Of a stretch of DNA of 64,000 nucleotides, positions 55,934-64,000 are shown in pieces (position 1 is the first letter of the stretch; each line of letters begins with the position of its first letter). Origin of the DNA: an uncultured Planctomycetaceae bacterium (lineage in GTDB: Bacteria; Planctomycetota; Planctomycetia; Isosphaerales; Isosphaeraceae). Both the position numbers and the translations under genes were made by a program. The notes under the pieces are model-generated. The model saw only the letters and a list, made by a program, of their open reading frames with translations. It ran no database searches and had not been told where the DNA came from. The DNA lies in assembly GCA_963833985.1 (NCBI GenBank), contig CAWIAD010000001.1, positions 3,328,001 through 3,392,000 on the forward strand, given 5' to 3'.

Positions 55934-56037
55934 GGCGATCTGCCGGCCCGCGCTGCCCGGCCGATGCGTCGGCAAGGACTGGCTTCGCGCATCGCCAAAT
56001 CATAGACTCAAACCTCGCCATTGCGAGGTAAGCCGGA

Positions 56038-56946
56038 ATGACTGCCACGACCGCCGAAAAAATCGTGACCCTGAACGCCTGCTTTGGCAGTTATCCGCAC
56101 ACTCGTGCGTTGAAGGAGGGCGATGTCAAATCCGATCGGGTGAAACTGCAATTCACCGAGATCAATCCGGTCAACCGGGCATTCATGCCCATGGCGCGCG
56201 AGCAGAAATTCGACTTGAGCGAGATGGCCATCGTCACCTATTTGCAGGCCAAGGCCTATGGCAAGCCGCTCGTCCTGATGCCCGCCACGATGATGGGACG
56301 ATTTCAGCATGGGACCATGCTGTACAATTCCGAACGTGGAACGCTGCGGCCGGAACAGCTTGCCGGCCGCACGGTTGGCGTACGGGCGTTCTCGCAGACC
56401 ACGGGCGTATGGATACGCGGCATTCTCTGGAAGGACTACGGGCTCGATCTCGGCTCGGTGAAGTGGGTGACCTTCGAGGACGCCCACGTGGCCGAATACC
56501 ACGATCCGCCGGGTGTCGTGCGCGCCGGGCCCGGTAAAGACATCACCAAAATGTTGCTGGAAGGCGAACTTGATGCCGCGATTTTCGGCGGCGTCATGCC
56601 GAACGAACCGCAGCTCAAAAGTGTCATTCCCGATCCCGACACCGCCGCGAAGGAATGGTACAAAAAAAATGGCATCGTGCCGGTCAATCACATGGTCGTG
56701 CTCAAGGAGAGCCTGGCGAAATCGGATCCCGGCGCAGTGCGCGAGGTCTATCGCATGCTGCTCGACAGCAAGAAGGCTGCCGGGCTGCCGAAGCCCGGCG
56801 CGATCGACACGATTCCGTTCGGGTTTGACGCCGTCAAACCAGCGCTCGAACTCATGAGCAGCTACGCCTTCGAGATGAAGCTCATTCCACGGCGCTATTC
56901 GGTTGACGAACTGTTCGACGATACGACACGCGCGCTGAAAGCGTGA
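56038..56946 (+). CDS. 4,5-dihydroxyphthalate decarboxylase-like / periplasmic-binding-fold protein
   Basis: Y..T.AL..G.V, FD.SEM, GVR.FSQTTGVWIRG, PVNH.VV; no signal peptide. Confidence 0.7.
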   Translation: MTATTAEKIVTLNACFGSYPHTRALKEGDVKSDRVKLQFTEINPVNRAFMPMAREQKFDLSEMAIVTYLQAKAYGKPLVLMPATMMGRFQHGTMLYNSERGTLRPEQLAGRTVGVRAFSQTTGVWIRGILWKDYGLDLGSVKWVTFEDAHVAEYHDPPGVVRAGPGKDITKMLLEGELDAAIFGGVMPNEPQLKSVIPDPDTAAKEWYKKNGIVPVNHMVVLKESLAKSDPGAVREVYRMLLDSKKAAGLPKPGAIDTIPFGFDAVKPALELMSSYAFEMKLIPRRYSVDELFDDTTRALKA

Positions 56947-56964
56947 CGGGTTGGAGACTGCCCG

Positions 56965-57979
56965 ATGAAACTTCAATCGCTGGGTTATGTCGGCATCCGC
57001 ACCAAGGATATCGACGAGTGGGCTACCTACGCCACGCGCTTTCTTGGCATGCAGATGGTCGACAAGAGCCGGGGGACCCTGGCGCTGCGCATGGACGATC
57101 GCAGGCAGCGCGTCGTAGTCAGTGCGGACGGTGACGAGGGCCTCGGCTTCTACGGCTGGGAAGTCGCCGACGCCGCCGCGCTCGATGCGCTGGCGGCGCA
57201 TCTTGAACGACGCGGTGTGACGGTGGCGCGCGCCTCGCGCGCGCTGGCGGACGAGCGGCGGGTAAAGGATCTGATCGTGTTTTCCGACCCGGTCGGCAAC
57301 CGGCTCGAAGCATTCCACGGCGCTGAGGTCACGGCGGAACCATTCAAGCCGGGCCGTTCGATCTCGGGTTTTCGCACCGGTCCGCTCGGCATGGGGCACG
57401 CGGTGCTCACCGCCGAGCGGCTCGATGAGGTGCTGCCGTTCTACACCGACATTCTCGGCTTTCGCCTGAGCGACTACATCCTGCGGCCGTTCACGGCATA
57501 CTTCTTTCACCTCAATCCGCGCCACCACAGCCTCGCCTTCATCGAGATCGGGCAAGAATGGCGTGCATCATTTGATGGTCGAGCTTTGTTATCTCGACGA
57601 TGTCGGCCAGGGCTACGACCTGGCGCTGCGCAACCCGGAGACGATCGGCACGACGCTCGGCCGCCACGCCAACGACGAGATGACGTCGTTCTATTCGGTG
57701 TCGCCGTCGAAGTTCATGGTCGAATGTGGCTGGGGTGGCCGCAGCATCGATCCGGATAATTGGACGCCACAGGAGCGCACCGATGGCCCGAGCCTTTGGG
57801 GCCACGACCGCGCCTGGCTCGCGCCGGACAAACGCGAGGAAGCGCGCGACATGCGCATCCGCGTCGCCGAAGCCGGCGGACGCGTCCCGCTCAACGTTAT
57901 GGATGGCAATTATCGGCGCGCCAGCGACGTCTGTCCCTGGTGGAACGCGAGCGTCGCGGCGCGCAAGACGGGCTCGTGA
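56965..57979 (+). CDS. Extradiol ring-cleavage dioxygenase (BphC-like); frameshift near 57550
   Basis: LGYVG, RMDD, DPVGN.LE.FHG, GMGH.V, N.RHHS, HH.M.E, LGRH.ND.M.SFY..P, E.GWG. Confidence 0.88.
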
Positions 57980-58002
57980 GCCGGTCCGATGCGTTCAGCC
58001 GT

Positions 58003-58393
58003 TCAATAGCTGCGCCGCGCGGCCGTCCATTGGCCGGAGCACTCGCCGGTGGACGTGCGCCACAGCCCGCTGCCGTAGTTGCCGGCGAGCCGGCCCGCTC
58101 CGCTGGCCGAGCGGCCGGCCTGGGCCACCGCGACACGGATCAATCCGCTCGCGTTCACTATGCCGGCGACCTGAGCGTTCTGGTCGACGCCTTGCCACTT
58201 GTCCGCCGATGATGCGGACCGAGTATCTGAGCGCGCTGCCGCAATCGCCGCGCAGCGTGTTGATCACTACGCTCCAATTGCCGTCATAGGAGTTCGCCCG
58301 CGCTACGTGGGCTGCATTGGACGGGACGCTGGCGCTCGTCACCAGCAAGGCAGCAGCAGTCGCGAGAAAGATCGAGCGGAAGACATTTTTCAT
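58003..58393 (-). CDS. Small exported alphaproteobacterial beta-barrel-like protein; frameshift near 58195
   Basis: Signal peptide, YDGNWSV...G.C; alternative frame ends GRL.GNYGSG.W....CSGQWTAARRSY-stop. Confidence 0.65.
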
Positions 58394-59715
58394 CGGTTTG
58401 CTCCGGTTTTCTCAATGTGACTGGGTTGCGGTTTCGGTCCGCTCGGAAGGGGCGGCGGTTCGGTGCTGAACGCGGTCGCGCTTTGTCCTTGTTCATAACC
58501 GACCAGATACAGCGCCTTCATGTATGCCGGATCGAACGGACCTTTGGCGGGAAAGTTAAAGCTCGCGGGGATCGACGCGATGTTGAAGTCGATGCCGTTC
58601 CTTTTCGCCACGATATACAAGCGATCGATCATCAGACTGGTATCGACCGGGACCGCCATGCCGATCGATTGAGTGAGTATGGTCGGCGCGAAACGGTCGA
58701 CCACCTTGAAATCGCGTTGCATGCCGGTGTTGACAACGATGTAAAGCTTTGTCGCCGGCAACCGATATTGGCTGGTGCTCTGCATCAATGCCGCGGGCGC
58801 CACAAAGAACTGTCCGCCGAGGCCACCGTCCACATGCATTTCCTGAAAGCGTTTGCCGTAGGCTTCGACGTCGATCAGTACCGGTGGGAATCCGCCCGGC
58901 ACCGAGGCGGACGCCAGCAACACGGCGCTGAACAGTTTGGTCGCATCCGCACCGCCGTGAACGGCGATTGCACCCATGTTCCAGACGACGGAGCGTTGGG
59001 AATCCAGATCGGTGGTGACCACGAACAGCCGCCGGCCTGCGCGGTGCGCGGCGGCGACGTCCGCGATCAATTGCGGCGTAATCTGTTTGGCGATGAAATC
59101 CCGGAGCGGCCAGGAATCGACGAAGCTCTCTCCGGTGCTGCCTCCGGCCTCGAAAACATCCGCCGCCGTGACTTCGGTATAGGCCTTGTGCAAGGCCGCA
59201 TCGTAACGCTGACCTGCAAAAATGAAGGGCGCCATCAGCGCACCGGTGCTGACGCCGGTGACCACCGCGTAGTCCGGGCGTTTTCCGGCAGCCGTTAATC
59301 CATTGAGCAAGCCGGCGCCGAAAGCGCCGTCCGATCCGCCGCTCGAGAGAATGAGCCAAGGGCCCGGGTCCTGCGGCAGCGCGCCCCTATAATCCGCCTC
59401 GGAATCCGCCCAGAAGCGCGCGTCCGGCATGCCCGGAATGGCCGCGACCAGAGCTTCGGCCGCCGTATACGGCACCCGTGGCGGCAATTCAGTCGATTTG
59501 GCCTCGCCCGCGGGCGGATTTTGCGTCTTGGGCGTCGTGACCTTCTTCGCCTGGACGACCAAGCTTGGCCGCGAAACCGCTTTTCCCGGTCCCGCCAAAC
59601 CCTGCGTGTGCGCAGGTAGCGCCGCAAACCCGAAAGTCAGGAGGCACGGCGCTGCGATGAGGGCGGCGACCGCGTGCAAAGTCCGTCGCTTGGGCAGGGT
59701 CTTAGGAATGATCAT
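58390..59715 (-). CDS. Patatin-like phospholipase
   Basis: LSSGGSDGAFGAG, GVSTG, ASASVPG.FPP, HVDGG. Confidence 0.9.
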   Translation of the reverse strand: MIIPKTLPKRRTLHAVAALIAAPCLLTFGFAALPAHTQGLAGPGKAVSRPSLVVQAKKVTTPKTQNPPAGEAKSTELPPRVPYTAAEALVAAIPGMPDARFWADSEADYRGALPQDPGPWLILSSGGSDGAFGAGLLNGLTAAGKRPDYAVVTGVSTGALMAPFIFAGQRYDAALHKAYTEVTAADVFEAGGSTGESFVDSWPLRDFIAKQITPQLIADVAAAHRAGRRLFVVTTDLDSQRSVVWNMGAIAVHGGADATKLFSAVLLASASVPGGFPPVLIDVEAYGKRFQEMHVDGGLGGQFFVAPAALMQSTSQYRLPATKLYIVVNTGMQRDFKVVDRFAPTILTQSIGMAVPVDTSLMIDRLYIVAKRNGIDFNIASIPASFNFPAKGPFDPAYMKALYLVGYEQGQSATAFSTEPPPLPSGPKPQPSHIEKTGANR

Positions 59716-59880
59716 AGTCGATAAGTACCGTCCATCAGGGGGGGGCATTGCGCGACCCAGAGCAGATAGGGCCAGCACGCACAAAGTTCAATTCGAACCT
59801 AAAGTCCACGGTTAAATGCCGGATTTCACCGCGGTGTTTACACGTCCTGTTCCGCTCATTCTGTGACACGGATCACGTTA

Positions 59881-60036
59881 CCCAGGACGCCAAACCCAGG
59901 ACGCCAAACCCCGGACGCCAAACCCCGGGACCGCCAAACCCCGGACGCCAAACCCCGGACGCCAAACCCCGGACGCCAAACCCCGGACGCCAAACCCAGG
60001 ACGCCAAACCCAGGACGCCAAACCCAGGACGCCAAG
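59881..60036. repeat. Tandem repeat: 11 copies of 14-bp CCC(A/C)GGACGCCAAA
   Basis: Direct reading; copy 4 (59923-59938) has two extra bases; copies 1-2 and 9-11 are CCCA, copies 3-8 are CCCC. Confidence 0.95.
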
Positions 60037-60190
60037 CCACGAATTCCGCATCCTCGAACGAGGATGGCGGAATCAGGGCGGGAAGGTGCCAGTGCCTTCT
60101 CCGCTTTTCAATCGCTCTTAGCGCAATAGCGGGTCTTTTTGGCTCAACCGCGGCCGTGGTACAGTCAGCGTCCCGCCGCGGCGGTTGAGT

Positions 60191-61210
60191 TCAGGAACGC
60201 AGCAGTTCCTTGAGCGCGTTATCGATGAACTTGACGTCGTCCGGGTTGGTCCCCGGGCCGCCGGCGAAATGGCCCCAGATCGAGGGAACCGGGAGGAATT
60301 TCGCGTTTGGCATGTTGGCAACCTCGAACTCGCTATCCTCCGGCGGGAAATAGAGATCGGTTTTCCCCGGCATCACGTAGGCTTTCGCCTTGATCGCGCC
60401 GAGTGCCTTCTTGAAGTCGCCGCCATAGATCTCGTTATCGCTGATGTCGCCGTTCTGCCAGGTCCACAGCATGGTCAGGAGGTTGTTAGCATCCTTCGGC
60501 AGGAAGAAGCCTTCCCAGAAGGCGACGAGAAAATCCTCGAGCGAGGAATAGCCCAGGCGCTCGATATCGAGACGCTCGCGATAGAACGCCTGTGAGAAGC
60601 CCCAGCCGGCATAGACCCGGGCCGCTGCGCGCAGACCTTTGGCCGGCTTTTCTTTGTACCAGCCGTCGGCGAAAGCGCCATCGGCGGTCAGCGCAGCCTT
60701 GACGCCTTCGAGGAATACGAAGTTATGTCGCGAACACTTGGCTGAGCCGCAAAACGGTCCGATGCGTTCCACCATGTCCGGATAGAGCGCGCCCCAGTGG
60801 AAGGTCTGCAGCGCACCCATCGACCAGCCAGTGACGAGCGCCAGCTTTTTTACGCCGAACTTTTCGGTCACAAGCCGATGTTGCACGCGGACATTGTCGC
60901 AGGCCGTCACGAGCGGGAAGCGTGGCCCGTTATAAGGCTCGGGGTAATTGCTCGGCGACGAAGACAAACCGTTGCCCAGCATGTTCGGTATGATGATAAA
61001 ATATTTGTCGGGATCGAGCGCCATGCCCGATCCGACCAGCCATTCATTGTCGTAGTGCTGGCCGGAATACCATGTCGGATAGACGATGACGTTGTCTTTC
61101 GCCGCGTTCATCCGGCCGAATGTCTTGTAGGCGAGCGTGCAACTGCGCAGCGTCGCGCCTCGCTGCAGCCTCACGTCGCCAAGTTCGAAGATTTCGTAGT
61201 CAAGCGGCAT
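60191..61210 (-). CDS. Alpha/beta hydrolase, homoserine acetyltransferase (MetX)-like fold
   Basis: LAYKTFG, N.LGNGLSSSP, GWSMG, TDLYFP, SIWGH. Confidence 0.85.
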   Translation of the reverse strand: MPLDYEIFELGDVRLQRGATLRSCTLAYKTFGRMNAAKDNVIVYPTWYSGQHYDNEWLVGSGMALDPDKYFIIIPNMLGNGLSSSPSNYPEPYNGPRFPLVTACDNVRVQHRLVTEKFGVKKLALVTGWSMGALQTFHWGALYPDMVERIGPFCGSAKCSRHNFVFLEGVKAALTADGAFADGWYKEKPAKGLRAAARVYAGWGFSQAFYRERLDIERLGYSSLEDFLVAFWEGFFLPKDANNLLTMLWTWQNGDISDNEIYGGDFKKALGAIKAKAYVMPGKTDLYFPPEDSEFEVANMPNAKFLPVPSIWGHFAGGPGTNPDDVKFIDNALKELLRS

Positions 61211-61295
61211 GACTCTTCTCCCGTAGGGTTCATTTCAGGCAATACGCGGCGGTCGCGTGGAGGGCGACCGCCGCTCTCGATCGATCAAGCAAAGA

Positions 61296-62633
61296 TCATC
61301 GAGCGTATTGGGTGCGCGGTGCCATCACACTTTGGAGCACGCCGTAGACTATGCCCGCAACAAGAAAGGCGGCAATAGCCGTCGAATATTCCGGCGCATA
61401 CTCGCTGACGAAGTAGGCGACAACCGAGCCACACGCCCAGGCGATGAAGGGAGCAACGCGCCATTCGGCCGTAGCTTCCGAATTCGCCCGCATCAGGTAT
61501 TGATCGACCAATATGATGGCGCCGATCGGCGGCACCAGAATGCCGAGCAAGGTCAGCCACTGAATGAAGAAGGCCCATACGTTGCCGGCAGCGACAATGA
61601 TGCCGATCACGCCAAGTGCGATCGCGAGCAGCCGCATGTGGCTACCGAAAATCCGCGACCAGCCCGTTGCCGCATTGTAAAGGCAATGCGAGCAGACCGA
61701 GCCGAGATTGCAGTAGAGGAAGATGAAGGCAATCACCGACAGCCAGACAAGCTGCTTGTCGTTCATGTAGCCGAACATGTTGTCGGCGCCGAACGGATTG
61801 GCTTTGGGTGTCGCCAGCGCCGCCGTCATGATGCCGCCGACCAGCATTGCCACCAGATTGGCAAAGGGGAACGCGCTGAACGTGGAGACGAGCGAGCCTT
61901 TGAGATCCTTGGCCCAGCGGTTGAAGTCGGCCGTCACCGTCCCGGCATCAACGAACAGCGTCAGTACGATCGTCAGTCCGACGCCCATCGACATGGCGCC
62001 TTTGCCGTCGGCGCCGGCGTAGGACATCACTGCCGCCCAGCCATGGTGGGCTACCGAATCCGCCGCGACCCAGACGCCGAGCACAACGAAGAGCGGCACC
62101 GACACCAGGCCGATATAGTGGAGTCCTCGGACCCCGACGAAGGTGATGCCGATGTAGAGCACGCCGGCGATGACCGTCATCAGCACATAGTTCAGGTGGT
62201 ATGTTGAACTGATGAGATTGCCGGTGATGCCGGTCTGCACCGCATACCAGCCAAGCAAAAGGGTAGACAGCAGGCCGGACGAAAACACATAGCCTTTGCG
62301 GCCAAAGACGATGCTGGCGATCAGTGCGAAGTTCATTCCCTTTTTCGTGCCCAGCGCGCCCAAGGAGCCGACATAGGCGAACATGATGATGTTGCCTATG
62401 ATCATGGCCACGAGTGCGCGCTGAAAGCCCATCCCGAGCACCAGCACCGACCCGGTCATCGCTCCCGTGATGATCATCGGGAAGCCGATCCAGACCATCG
62501 TCACCGAGAACAGACTCCGCCGCGCCGAAAGCGGAACCGGCTTGTGCTCATATTCTTCGCCGAGCACGTGATCGATCTGTTCTTCCGCTTCCGCAACCGC
62601 GCTAGCGGAATGTGCTCCTTTTTCCGTAGACAT
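61296..62633 (-). CDS. Purine/cytosine permease (NCS1, CodB-like)
   Basis: PVP...RRS, GWYAVQ, ADFNRWA, about 12 TM helices. Confidence 0.88.
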   Translation of the reverse strand: MSTEKGAHSASAVAEAEEQIDHVLGEEYEHKPVPLSARRSLFSVTMVWIGFPMIITGAMTGSVLVLGMGFQRALVAMIIGNIIMFAYVGSLGALGTKKGMNFALIASIVFGRKGYVFSSGLLSTLLLGWYAVQTGITGNLISSTYHLNYVLMTVIAGVLYIGITFVGVRGLHYIGLVSVPLFVVLGVWVAADSVAHHGWAAVMSYAGADGKGAMSMGVGLTIVLTLFVDAGTVTADFNRWAKDLKGSLVSTFSAFPFANLVAMLVGGIMTAALATPKANPFGADNMFGYMNDKQLVWLSVIAFIFLYCNLGSVCSHCLYNAATGWSRIFGSHMRLLAIALGVIGIIVAAGNVWAFFIQWLTLLGILVPPIGAIILVDQYLMRANSEATAEWRVAPFIAWACGSVVAYFVSEYAPEYSTAIAAFLVAGIVYGVLQSVMAPRTQYAR

Positions 62634-62677
62634 CGCCCACCTCCAATTTGCCCGGCAAATTGTTCATTCCGACCAGC

Positions 62678-62722
62678 AACAAAAAAGCCCTTGACGCGCC
62701 GCACGACGCTGCCAAGGGCTTC
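62678..62722 (-). terminator. Intrinsic terminator in the 5' leader of the permease gene
   Basis: Minus strand AAGCCCTTGG...TCAAGGGCTT stem followed by a TTTTTTGTT tract. Confidence 0.8.
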
Positions 62723-62754
62723 TTTGCCGGTATTTCGAGCTTCGTTGCTCGAAA
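62717..62754 (-). promoter_or_regulatory. ANTAR-binding dual-hairpin RNA motif
   Basis: Minus strand TTTCGAGC-AACGAA-GCTCGAAA, a 4-nt linker, then GGC-AAAGAA-GCC; both hexaloops have A1/G4; hairpin 2 overlaps the terminator 5' arm. Confidence 0.82.
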
Positions 62755-62883
62755 TGAAGGAGCCACTACGGCTCATATTTTCACGATCGAAAAAATTGTA
62801 CGATTTTTTCGTTCTGTCCGGGTGCTAAAAAATGATGAGAACTGCAAAAATATGTAGCAAGTCGCTGGCGCAGAATAATGCGA

Positions 62884-63820
62884 TTACGCGTGGCGCTCGG
62901 CGACGAATTTGGCGCCCTCGACGAGAATGGCCGAAATCTGCACCGAAAGGTGCCAGCGCCTGCTCGGCCTCGGTGACGAGTTCCGCAAGCCTCGCCTTTG
63001 CGCCACTCAGCCCAAGCACATCGACCATGGTAGCCTTGCCTGCCACGGCATCCTTGCCGGTCGATTTGCCGACCAACGCGGGATCGCCCTCGAGATCGAG
63101 AAGATCGTCGGCGATCTGAAAAGCCTTGCCGACGGCCGATCCATAACGGGCAAGCGCTTGGCGCTGTGCGGCATTCGCCGAGCCGAGCATGCCGCCGGCC
63201 TCGCAGGCAAAGCGTAACAGCGCGCCGGTCTTCATTGCCTGGAGCGCAAGCACCTCTTTCTCGCCGAGCCGCTGCGGGCCGTTGCCGCCAAAGCGCCCCT
63301 CGGCGGCCAGATCGAGCATTTGGCCGCCGACCATGCCGCCAAGGCCGGAAGCGCGGGCCAGCGCATTGACGAGTTCGATACGGACAGCCGGATCGGGGTG
63401 CGTCTGCGGTCGCGAGAGGATATCGAAAGCGAATGTCAAAAGACCGTCGCCCGCCAGGATCGCCGTCGCTTCATCGAATGCCTTGTGGGCGGTCGGCTGG
63501 CCTCGCCGGAGATCGTCATTGTCCATGGCCGGCAGGTCGTCGTGCACCAGGGAATAGCAATGCACGCATTCGAGCGCCGCGCCCGCCATCAGGGCCTGCG
63601 GCCGAGGAACTTTGAATAAGGCCGCGGACTCCACTACCAGGAATGGACGAAACCGCTTGCCGCCACCGAGGCTCGAATAGCGCATGGCCTCGATGACCCG
63701 GTCCGGGCGGCTTAGCTCGCCGTCCGCCGGGGTCGGCGCCAAAAGACGATCGAGCAAGTCGTCGATATCCTTGGCGGTTGCATCCAGTCGCGCAAGAAAA
63801 GGGCTGATTTTGGCATTCAT
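62884..63820 (-). CDS. ispA: Farnesyl diphosphate synthase / geranyltranstransferase; frameshift near the 3' end
   Basis: GGKRFRP, SLVHDDLPAMDNDDLRRGQPT, AILAGDGL, GGQMLD, KTGAL, FQIADDLLD, GKSTGKD. Confidence 0.93.
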
Positions 63821-64000
63821 TGCTGTATTGCCCGGCCTACCACGGTCCCCAATTGTCCTATCTGGTTTTATAATAGCGCAAAGGCGCCTGCGGCGAGCCG
63901 CGGTTCCGCCCCGGCGTCCGTGAATGGCCGCCCCCAAATCGAGCCGCAAGGGCTATCTGTGACGAACCTGCTCATAGCGTCAATGGTACTGGCGATCTGG

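Noticed and set aside
59881..60036. CRISPR array or telomere-like repeat
   Set aside because: No unique spacers, the unit is only 14 bp, no cas genes are present, and the flanks are bacterial on both sides
2826..63820. Many frameshifted bacterial genes read as pseudogenes or programmed frameshifts (kinase, MTase, acyl-CoA dehydrogenase, folD, dioxygenase, ispA)
   Set aside because: Single-base shifts hit even core genes in two unrelated genomes with otherwise intact motifs and no shared slippery site; read or assembly indels are more likely

Overview
The window is a composite of at least four unrelated sequences. (1) ~1-44070: GC-rich Planctomycete-like bacterial DNA (LEDRxLL protein, TIGR03067-type protein, ECF sigma + Ser/Thr kinase pair, recN, dnaB), including a VioB-like gene, an atypical diadenylate cyclase and a GxxExxY gene bracketed by inverted ~32-bp repeats. 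(2) ~44070-44979: a short animal-like fragment with a spliced exon and a SINE-like box. (3) 44980-~49840: an AT-rich ciliate macronuclear nanochromosome end that begins with a (C4A4)4C4 telomere and carries one unbroken ~1600-codon minus-strand coiled-coil frame. In that frame TAA/TAG read as Gln, and about 32 internal TGA codons (hand count) fall in contexts that fit Arg rather than Trp or Cys. This is a candidate undescribed genetic code with no dedicated stop codon and is the top finding. (4) ~49841-64000: alphaproteobacterial DNA (acyl-CoA dehydrogenase, folD, extradiol dioxygenase, patatin, ispA) with an ANTAR dual-hairpin/terminator leader ahead of an NCS1 permease-alpha/beta hydrolase pair and an 11-copy 14-bp tandem repeat. 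Many bacterial genes carry single frameshifts that look like read or assembly indels. All family calls come from motif recognition by eye; no database searches were run.
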